Source: Eledone cirrhosa (Eukaryota). Taken from it: a stretch of 64,000 bases of DNA. The DNA lies in contig OZ024752.1 in assembly GCA_964016885.1 (NCBI GenBank), positions 5,518,001 to 5,582,000 on the forward strand. The letters are read 5' to 3'. The first letter of the stretch is position 1. Each line of letters begins with the position of its first letter. The translations under genes were made by a program, and so were the position numbers. Below are positions 39,779-49,800 of this stretch, piece by piece. The notes beneath the pieces are model-generated. The model ran no database searches. It saw only the letters and a list, made by a program, of their open reading frames with translations, and was not told where the DNA came from.

Positions 39779-39850
39779 CTCTTTTCATATATATATATAT
39801 ATATATATACAATATTAAATAAATGGAAACTATATTTATAAAACCATATT

Positions 39851-39916
39851 TATTTCATTATATATATTTCAGGGATATCATATTAACAATATGCTATGCC
39901 TTCCTCAAACAAAATA
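39851..39916 (-). ncRNA. pLTR hammerhead, copy with C3U core mutation
   Basis: Identical to 43893-43958 except TTGAGGA replaces CTGAGGA (position 39908). Confidence 0.75.
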
Positions 39917-41304
39917 CAATATAAACAGTTTTATAGATAAATAGATTCGACATACCGTAACAACATCGACTTGCATTTGAAGAGGTTGATTTGGCAGTGA
40001 AAAAATTGTACACAGAGAGAAAGAAAGAGAGAAAAAAGAAAGAAAGACAGAAAACGAAGAAAAGGAAGAAGAAGAAGAAATGCATGGAACAAAATAGAGA
40101 GATGGAAAGATAGATAAAGAGAAGAACTTCAAGTAAAGAAACAGAAAGAGTATATATATATAGAGAGAGAGGAAATAGAGATAGATACATATATATATAG
40201 AAAATTAGGTAGTGGGAGGTCTGTTGAGTAAATGTATCAATGATACATTTATTTATTTATTTATTTATTTAGCTCTAGTATTAATGTAAGGGAGATATAT
40301 ATATAGAGAAAAAAATATAGAGAGAGAAAAAATATAGCGAGAGAAAAAATTTAAAAATAACCAGGTATATGCGAGGCGTAAAAACCCTATGTTTTAATGT
40401 AGAGGTATTAGTATTTATAAAACATCCACTATATTGTAAATATCAGTATTCCTGAATGAGACAAGTATCTATAGTGTGTGAAAATTAATGATCTTATGTT
40501 TAGTTTTTTAAAAAATTCATGTTTATGTGATAGCTACAAACATCCATGTGAATCTACATGATCAACTCTGCAAACCCTAAGTTCACGGAAAACATTCTCA
40601 ATGTGGTATAAAAATTTGAGTATACATATATGTGTATTATTATTCCTGTCTTTACCCTACAAGATTATCTATCAAGCAGAAATAGAGAGCAGATTTCAAT
40701 ATACTAATAAAAATATATATCAGAAACAAAACTAAAAAATAACAATAATAATAATAAGTAATAATAAAATAGAAAATAGAAAACTAAAAAAACTAAAAAA
40801 ATAAAAAATATTACGAAAGAATATTATTAAAATATTACATATTAAAAAATTTACATATTAAAAATATTAAAAATAAAAATATTAGAAAATACTACAATAA
40901 TAAAAAATAAAAAATAAAAAATAAACCACAAAGATCAACCCATCAAAATTAATTGACAATATATTGCCAAGTTCATTATAAGCATCAGAGTCGAAAAACA
41001 GACAAAGCCAAAAACTATCTATCAAATCACATCTAGCAAAGATCATTTCAAAAAGTTTAGGATGCCCAATTTGGTCTACATGTGTTCTTATATTTAATAT
41101 AGAAGTTTATCTAGTGTAACGTTTATTCGAAATATTTGGAGCATCAGCTTTTAGGGTAGCTTAATTTTTCATGAGGAATGTTTAAATAAAAATAAAATAA
41201 AATAAAAATAAAAAATAAAAAATAAAAAATAAAAAAGAATAAAAAGAAGGAATCAAAGATTTATCGGCTAGTTTCCCATATAAATATAAATCAAACTAAA
41301 TATA

Positions 41305-43263
41305 CTACTTTTTAAATTTAAATTTATATTTAAACGTTGAGTTTAATCTATGTTTGCAACAACTGAATAAATTTGTCCGTAGATTAAGGGAATTTTTAGA
41401 TTTTAGTATAAAGAATATCTCCTCTGCGCAGGGGTCACATGTCTCAGAGGATGAATTAAAAGGAATCCCTCTTGAGACTATATTCCAAGCCGTCGAATAT
41501 CTAACGTTATCTAGCTTAAGTTGCCAGAGTACGCCTGATAGTGCCGTTGAAGATTTTTTGCTTGGATCTGTGAAAGAATTCTTGTGGTTATTATAGCGAA
41601 GTTTAAATTCAGTCGATGTGGAACCGACGTAGTTAAAAGAATTAGAGTCAGTATTAACATTACAATTGTATACTATATTTTTAACTAAGCAGTTATTTAA
41701 CGGACATTTAGATCTATCTCTACAGTTACATTTGTTAACTTGTATATTATTTATGCTATTATCACTAGGTTTTAAGTTCCTATTATTTATTCTATTAATA
41801 TTTTGTGCTAAATTTTTGGTGGATGAGTAGGTTAATTTTACTGTATGTCTATTGAAAATTGAGTGATACCTATGTGTTCTAGGGAAGCGATTATCAAGAG
41901 CTTTGAAAAATAGTTTAGCGATGTGGGTTTTAATGTTTAGTGAGAAAGGGGGGGCAAACCAAATTATGTTCCTAGTTCTATTTCTTTTTTGGCCTTTGGA
42001 ATTATTGTAATGCTTTCTATTATAGTTGTTAAGGTTGTTGCCGTAATTAAAAAAGTTGTTACTTTGTTTAGTTTGTCTATCATTATCTATGTACACAATC
42101 TTATCAGCATATCCTACTCTAGCTAATGCTTCATTATAGTATTGGGCTTTTTCGCCGAAAATCTTTCTATTCGACGAGATCCTAGAGATACGTTTTTGAA
42201 CAGAGTTTACTATAGTGTTTTTGACAGATCTGGGGTGGTTAGAGTTAAAGTTGACATAGTTTAAGTTTTCATTCAACTTGTGAAAAGGATAGTGAAGACA
42301 TGTGTTGAGATTTAATGTTATATCTAGGAAATTGACTATTCTATGGTTGTTCTCAATTTCTATTTTAAGATTAAAGTAATTAAAAAATTGTGTAATTTGT
42401 TTACATTTTCTATTTAGTTCAGGGTTATTATTATCAATAAGTAAAAGCATGTCATCTCTATATAGACCTCCGGTAGTACCAGGTATTTTCCTATGTAGCG
42501 AATTGATTAAAAATAAGCCCACAAGGTCAGTTACCTGAGCTGAGTCGGATGATCCCATAGTTATGTCAAAATTGCTATCTCTATCTGCTCTGGTCCATAG
42601 TTTGTCATTAAATTCTATCAAAGTTTTCCTAGCCGATAATATAATATGCATTTCATTGCTAGTTAGGTCAGTATGTTTGAATGCGTAATTTAGTGCCTTA
42701 TTTAGTAGATTAGGGGTAATAGAAGAATAATAGTTAGCTATATCAAGTTGAATAAACTTATTATTATTGTTATATTTAATTTGCTTAAACCACTCAACAA
42801 CCTCTCCAGTTCCCTTCCACAAGCTCAGGTTAGATAAACAATCCAAGTTCTTAATTTGCTGTATCACCCTGTCAAGAATGTTTTTGCTTAATTTGCCCAG
42901 GTCCGATTTTGATGGTGCGATCAATCTAACTGGCAGGTCATTTTCAAAATTCCTCTTGTGATCTTTCATATTGATCTTCGGTTTCCTGGGCACGAAAGGT
43001 TGTGTTCTGTTCTCAATTTCCAACTCGTGCATTATACAAGATGCTTCGACATTCATTTTCTCAAGTTCGGCCTTATCTGCTACCTTGTACTTTTTCCTCA
43101 GCTCTTTCAGTATGAGGCCATTATACATGTCTTTCTGCACTCCATAGAGGTTGTTGGTCTTGTCAGATTTCACGAAGATCTTCTCAGTTTTCTCTAAGCT
43201 CTCAATGTTATTCTTAATGCCTTTCAGATATTCCTGGCCTTTGATCATGGCAGAGTTGATCAT
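41305..43263 (-). CDS. Penelope-like RT + C-terminal GIY-YIG endonuclease, 652 aa
   Basis: QLDIANYYSSI, ITMGSSDSA, GLYRDD, NFLDITL, SNHP, CNCRDRSKCPL, NIVY...YVGST..EFKLRYNNH and CDPCAEE. No internal stops. Confidence 0.92.
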   Translation of the reverse strand: MINSAMIKGQEYLKGIKNNIESLEKTEKIFVKSDKTNNLYGVQKDMYNGLILKELRKKYKVADKAELEKMNVEASCIMHELEIENRTQPFVPRKPKINMKDHKRNFENDLPVRLIAPSKSDLGKLSKNILDRVIQQIKNLDCLSNLSLWKGTGEVVEWFKQIKYNNNNKFIQLDIANYYSSITPNLLNKALNYAFKHTDLTSNEMHIILSARKTLIEFNDKLWTRADRDSNFDITMGSSDSAQVTDLVGLFLINSLHRKIPGTTGGLYRDDMLLLIDNNNPELNRKCKQITQFFNYFNLKIEIENNHRIVNFLDITLNLNTCLHYPFHKLNENLNYVNFNSNHPRSVKNTIVNSVQKRISRISSNRKIFGEKAQYYNEALARVGYADKIVYIDNDRQTKQSNNFFNYGNNLNNYNRKHYNNSKGQKRNRTRNIIWFAPPFSLNIKTHIAKLFFKALDNRFPRTHRYHSIFNRHTVKLTYSSTKNLAQNINRINNRNLKPSDNSINNIQVNKCNCRDRSKCPLNNCLVKNIVYNCNVNTDSNSFNYVGSTSTEFKLRYNNHKNSFTDPSKKSSTALSGVLWQLKLDNVRYSTAWNIVSRGIPFNSSSETCDPCAEEIFFILKSKNSLNLRTNLFSCCKHRLNSTFKYKFKFKK

Positions 43264-43892
43264 GTAGATTCACATGGATGTTTGTAGCTATCACATAAAC
43301 ATATGAATTTTTAAAAAAACTAAACATAAGATCATTAATTTTCACACACTATAGATACTTGTCTCATTCAGGAATACTGATATTTACAATATAGTGGATG
43401 TTTTATAAATACTAATACCTCTACATTAAAACATAGGGTTTTTACGCCTCGCATATATCTGGTTATTTTAAAATTTTTTCTCTCGCTATATTTTTTCTCT
43501 CTCTATATTTTTTTCTCTCGCTATATATCTCTCTTACATTAATACTAGAGCTAAATAAATAAATAAATAAATAAATGTATCATTGATACATTTACTCAAC
43601 AGACCTCCCACTACCTAATTTTCTATATATATATGTATCTATCTCTATTTCCTCTCTCTCTCTATATATATATCTCTTTCTGTTTCTTTACTTGAAGTTC
43701 TTCTCTTTATCTATCTTTCCATCTCTCTATTTTGTTCCATGCATTTCTTCTTCTTCCTTTTCTTCGTTTTCTGTCTTTCTTTCTTTTTTCTCTCTGTGTA
43801 CAATTTTTTCACTGCCAAATCAACCTCTTCAAATGCAAGTCGATGTTGTTACGGTATGTCGAATCTATTTATCTATAAAACTGTTTATATTG

Positions 43893-43958
43893 TATTTTGT
43901 CTGAGGAAGGCATAGCATATTGTTAATATGATATCCCTGAAATATATATAATGAAATA
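43893..43958 (+). ncRNA. pLTR type I hammerhead ribozyme, intact core
   Basis: TATTTTGT-CTGAGGA-AGGcATAgCATATT-gtt-AATATGaTATcCCT-GAAA-TATATAT-A-ATGAAATA. Predicted cleavage after 43950. Confidence 0.85.
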
Positions 43959-44100
43959 AATATGGTTTTATAAATATAGTTTCCATTTATTTAATATTGT
44001 AATTATACTCCAAATATTTGTCGAGTGCTTTTATATCAGTTATAAATATTTACTAGTTGTAACCCAACAATTTTAAATATAACTTTCCATGTATATATAT

Positions 44101-45385
44101 CATCATCATCATCATCATCAACGTTTAACGTCCGTGTTCCACGCTTGCATAGGTTTGGACGGGGGTAGTCCCACTTGAGGCAAGAGTGATTGTCTTGCTC
44201 GCATAGGACTGTCTGGCAGGTTTTCTACAGTTGGATGCCCTTCCTAACACCAACCACATTTACAGTGTGGGGCTGGGAGGTTTTTACCGTGTTGCCTACA
44301 CGGCCACATTACAGCGTGGACTGTGTGTTTTTTTGTCGTGACACCTACACGATCTCATTTGTTTCGGCCTGGATGGCGCGGCACCAACATAACTTTACAT
44401 AGAACGGGGTGGTGTGGATGGGGTGGGGGTGGTGGCGGGACGGGGTGTATTTTGTTAGAGATGCCTACTGGCAAGGCGGGTCTTCTCTGTTACTGAGTAC
44501 CGCCAAAGGTCTCGGTCCAGTGACATTGTCTTGGAGAGGTGTAAGTGTGTGAGGTCGGAGTTTATCAGCTCATCCCATGTTTTTCTAGGTCTGCCTATTC
44601 CGTGGCTACCGTCTATCTTTATTGCCCTGCACTTTGTAATACAGCTATCGACTTTCATGCGCATCACGTGTCCATACCAACGCAGCCTTCTCTCGAGTAA
44701 ACAACATCTGATCCCTCTTATCTCTAATTTTTTCCTTAGTTCGTTTATGCTTTGCCGTTCACGTATATTACTGTTACACATCCAGCGGAGCATGCAAGCT
44801 TCGTTCCTCTCTAGTCTGCGTATATCCTCTGCACACAATGCCCAGGTCTCACTACCATGCAACATTGCTGTTCGTATGCAGGCATCGTACAACTTGCCTT
44901 TCATTTTTAGGGAGAACCCTTTAGCAGCTAATAGTGGTATAAGCTCTCTGAACTTTTTCCAACCAGTTCTGACTCTAGCTACAGTACTTTCAGAGCACCC
45001 TCCCCCACTGCTGATTTTATCGCCCAGGTAACGGAAGCTGTCCACTATTTCTATAGAACCCTCTGCGCAATTGAAAGAGCTAGTATTCTGTGGGCACTTG
45101 CTGCTACTTATTGCACCAGAACACCGGCCACATGTAAAGTCTATGTTCTTAGTTAGCTTACCTGTGATCCCACTACATCTTTTATGCACCCATACTTTGC
45201 ATTTAGGACATAAGATGGAGTTTCTACCAACGCCTTTCCTACATACCGAGCACGACCATTTCCCAGAAGGGACCGCCGCCTTGTTTTCTTTCCTACAAAC
45301 TAGAACTTTGGTCTTAGCCAGGTTAATTTTAAGGCCGTGCTTCCATGTTTGGAATTTCTTCTCTAGCTCGGCCATTGATTCGGCC

Positions 45386-45387
<2 letters not shown>
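44101..45387 (-). mobile_element. 5'-truncated RTE LINE: 310-aa ORF (PHD + thumb), 3' UTR and (GAT)n tail
   Basis: CSVCRKGVGRNSILCPKCKVWVHKRCSG...CGRC, FRYLG, LHGSETW, RLRWYGHVMR and GRPRKTW. Confidence 0.93.
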
Positions 45388-45461
<74 letters not shown>

Positions 45462-45744
45462 GTGTGTGTGTATATATATATGTGTATGTGCTCTCTCTCT
45501 ATATATATATATATATTGTTTGACCAACTGCTTTGCTTAATTGTTTTATTTGTTTTTTTATAATTTTTATTCTTTCTTTAGGACTTTTGATATTTTCTTT
45601 GAAAGGAATGTTTTTGAATTGGCCTGAGAGGGGCTTACTTACCATCAGGCCTGCTGATGACCTGGCCAGTCTGTTGCTGCATACTATGTTAGTAAAATTC
45701 ATTCACTTGGGTGATAATGGTAATATTTCTATTTTAAATTTCAG

Positions 45745-45842
45745 TGCGTGGCTATAACCCTATGTCTCCTGAGACGCTTAGTCTTGCAGTTAATGTCACT
45801 CTGGAACAAGAAACTGTCCGAGAACTCACACAAAAGAAACAG
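45745..45842 (+). CDS. BBS2: BBS2 coding exon 10 (VRGYNPMSPETLSLAVNVTLEQETVRELTQKKQ)
   Basis: tttcag| acceptor in phase 1 matching exon 9, CAG|gtatgt donor, 98 nt. Matches human IRGY...EQDLIRELSQKKQ. Confidence 0.92.
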
Positions 45843-46599
45843 GTATGTTGATATTGAGAAGTCAAACTGGTCGTCCAGAGCTTGACATATTGCTAACCTC
45901 TATCTCTTCAAACACATCTTCATTTAAACATCCCTGACTAAAATTTCAGATGGCCTATATCTGCTTGACTTGAATTTACTTCTTTAGAAAAACAACAAAG
46001 CAACAAGCATTTTAAAGCTGTTTTCCCTTCTAAATCTGGGGTTGTTAGCTTTTGTGGGCCTAATAACATGTTGCTCTATCATCTACATTTTGCCTCATTT
46101 AGCCACTGGCTTTCATTTCCTCCTCCATCATCCTTAGTCATGTCTTTCTTGGTCTTTTCCTTCCTCTACCTCCTTCCAAATTAATTTCAATGTGGGAGTC
46201 GGACTCCACCAAGGGTGTGTACTTATTTACATGAACAGGATTGACATGTGCAGCCGGTTTGGAAGTGGTATCATGACTGGCAGGTGTAAAATTAGTCAGC
46301 TGGAATTTGCAGACGGCATGGTGTTACTTAACTCAACAGAGGGTGATCGCCGACTTGCACTTGATAGGACTGAACTGCTACTGTATTTATCGACCTTGAA
46401 ACGATGAAAGGCAAAGTTGACCTCGGTGCAATTTAAATTCGGAGTGCAGAGAGCCAGAACAAATGCTGTGAAGCATTCTACTGATTCACTATCTTAGATG
46501 TAATGTAGCATAAATAGATGATCAATGCTAGATAAATAACTGCTATAAATTATCAGTTAAACACACTCGCGGTAGAAGTTGATAAAATACTTCAGTAGT

Positions 46600-46800
46600 T
46601 CTCATCTCATCTGTCCCGTAGTCTGGTGGACCATTAGGGCACTACAGATGACCTTGTAACCAGCTCCTTCCATTCCTCTCGCCCCTCCACCTTCTTCATA
46701 GTTGCATCAGCTTCATGCCTGTCCATTCTATAATATTGACCTCTCATCACTTTCTCCTTGTACTGTTCCCTGCAGGACAGTCTTGGCAGACCCTGAAGAT
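46600..46800 (-). mobile_element. RTE LINE 3' end, parent of the adjacent satellite
   Basis: Minus strand RSSGSAKTVLQGTVQG...NIIEWTGMKL...EGREEWKELVTRSSVVP..STRLRDR* and (gatga)n tail. Confidence 0.8.
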
Positions 46801-49800
46801 CTTACTGTACTGTTCCCTGCAGGACAGTCTTGGCAAGCCCTGAAGATCTTACTGTACTGTTCCCTGCAGGACAGTCCTGGCAGGCCCTGAAGATCTTACT
46901 GTACTGTTCCCTGCAGGACAGTCCTGGCAGGCCCTGAAGATCTTACTGTACTGTTCCCTGCAGGACAGTCCTGGCAGGCCCTGAAGATCTTGTTGTACTG
47001 TTCCCTGCAGGACAGTCCTGGCAGGCCCTGAAGATCTTACTGTACTGTTCCCTGCAGGACAGTCCTGGCAGGCCCTGAAGATCTTACTGTACTGTTCCCT
47101 GCAGGACAGTCCTGGCAGGCCCTGAAGATCTTACTGTACTGTTCCCTGCAGGACAGTCTTGGCAGGCCCTGAAGATCTTGTTGTACTGTTCCCTGCAGGA
47201 CAGTCTTGGCAGGCCCTGAAGATCTTACTGTACTGTTCCCTGCAGGACAGTCTTGGCAGGCCCTGAAGATCTTGTTGTACTGTTCCCTGCAGGACAATCT
47301 TGGCAGACCCTGAAGATCTTACTGTACTGTTCCCTGCAGGACAGTCTTGGCAGGCCCTGAAGATCTTGTTGTACTGTTCCCTGCAGGACAGTCTTGGCAG
47401 GCCCTGAAGATCTTGTTGTACTGTTCCCTGCAGGACAGTCCTGGCAGGCCCTGAAGATCTTACTGTACTGTTCCCTGCAGGACAGTTCTGGCAGGCCCTG
47501 AATATCTTACTGTACTGTTCCCTGCAGGACAGTCTTGGCAGACCCTGAAGATCTTACTGTACTGTTCCCTGCAGGACAGTCCTGGCAGACCCTGAAGATC
47601 TTACTGTACTGTTCCCTGCAGGACAGTCCTGGCAGGCCCTGAAGATCTTGTTGTACTGTTCCCTGCAGGACAGTCTTGGCAGGGCCTGAAGATCTTGTTG
47701 TACTGTTCCCTGCAGGACAGTCCTGGCAGGCCCTGAAGATCTTACTGTACTGTTCCCTGCAGGACAGTCCTGGCAGGCCCTGAAGATCTTGTTGTACTGT
47801 TCCCTGCAGGACAGTCCTGGCAGGCCCTGAAGATCTTGTTGTACTGTTCCCTGCAGGACAGTCTTGGCAGACCCTGAAGATCTTACTGTACTGTTCCCTG
47901 CAGGACAGTCTTGGCAGACCCTGAAGATCTTGTTGTACTGTTCCCTGCAGGACAGTCCTGGCAGGCCCTGAAGATCTTACTGTATTGTTCCCTGCAGGAC
48001 ATTCTTGGCAGACCCCGAAGATCTTACTGTACTGTTCCCTGCAGGACAGTCTTGGCAGACCCTGAAGATCTTACTGTACTGTTCCCTGCAGGACAGTCTT
48101 GGCAGACCCTGAAGATCTTGTTGTACTGTTCCCTGCAGGACAGTCTTGGCAGACCCTGAAGATCTTACTGTACTGTTCCCTGCAGGACAGTCTTGGCAGA
48201 CCCTGAAGATCTTGTTGTACTGTTCCCTGCAGGACAGTCTTGGCAGACCCTGAAGATCTTGTTGTACTGTTCCCTGCAGGACAGTCTTGGCAGACCCTGA
48301 AGATCTTACTGTACTGTTCCCTGCAGGACAGTCTTGGCAGACCCTGAAGATCTTGTTGTACTGTTCCCTGCAGGACAGTCTTGGCAGACCCTGAAGATCT
48401 TACTGTACTGTTCCCTGCAGGACAGTCTTGGCAGACCCTGAAGATCTTACTGTACTGTTCCCTGCAGGACAGTCTTGGCAGGCCCTGAAGATCTTACTGT
48501 ACTGTTCCCTGCAGGACAGTCCTGGCAGGCCCTGAAGATCTTGTTGTACTGTTCCCTGCAGGACAGTCCTGGCAGGCCCTGAAGATCTTGTTGTACTGTT
48601 CCCTGCAGGACAGTCTTGGCAGACCCTGAAGATCTTACTGTACTGTTCCCTGCAGGACAGTCTTGGCAGACCCTGAAGATCTTGTTGTACTGTTCCCTGC
48701 AGGACAGTCCTGGCAGGCCCTGAAGATCTTGTTGTACTGTTCCCTGCAGGACAGTCCTGGCAGGCCCTGAAGATCTTACTGTACTGTTCCCTGCAGGACA
48801 GTACTGGCAGGCCCTGAAGATCTTGTTGTACTGTTCTCTGCAGGACAGTCCTGGCAGGCCCTGAAGATCTTACTGTACTGTTCCCTGCGGGACAGTCCTG
48901 GCAGGCCCTGAAGATCTTGTTGTACTGTTCTCTGCAGGACAGTCCTGGCAGGCCCTGAAGATCTTACTGTACTGTTCCCTGCAGGACAGTCCTGGCAGGC
49001 CCTGAAGATCTTACTGTACTGTTCCCTGCAGGACAGTCCTGGCAGGCCCTGAAGATGTTACTGTACCGTTCCCTGCAGGACAGTCTTGGCAAACCCTGAA
49101 GATCTTACTGTACTGTTCCCTGCAGGACAGTCCTGGCAGGCCCTGAAGATCTTGTTGTACTGTTCCCTGCAGGACAGTCCTGGCAGGCCCTGAAGATCTT
49201 GTTGTACTGTTCCCTGCAGGACAGTCTTGGCAGACCCTGAAGATCTTACTGTACTGTTCCCTGCAGGACAGTCTTGGCAGGCCCTGAAGATCTTGTTGTA
49301 CTGTTCCCTGCAGGACAGTCCTGGCAGGCCCTGAAGATCTTACTGTACTGTTCCCTGCAGGACAGTCTTGGCAGACCCTGAAGATCTTGTTGTACTGTTC
49401 CCTGCAGGACAGTCCTGGCAGACCCTGAAGATCTTACTGTACTGTTCCCTGCAGGACAGTCCTGGCAGGCCCTGAAGATCTTGTTGTACTGTTCCCTGCA
49501 GGACAGTCTTGGCAGACCCTGAAGATCTTACTGTACTGTTCCCTGCAGGACAGTCCTGGCAGGCCCTGAAGATCTTGTTGTACTGTTCCCTGCAGGACAG
49601 TCCTGGCAGGCCCTGAAGATCTTACTGTACTGTTCCCTGCAGGACAGTCTTGGCAGACCCTGAAGATCTTGTTTGTACTGTTCACTGCAGGACAGTCCTG
49701 GCAGGCCCTGAAGATCTTGTTGTACTGTTCCCTGCAGGACAGTCTTGGCAGACCCTGAAGATCTTACTGTACTGTTCCCTGCAGGACAGTCCTGGCAGGC

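Larger units (their letters stand above)
39809..44090 (-). mobile_element. Penelope-like element, 5'-truncated, with inverted pseudo-LTR
   Basis: RT+GIY-YIG ORF. 39809-40571 is the reverse complement of 43250-44001. Inserted next to (TA)n. Confidence 0.93.
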
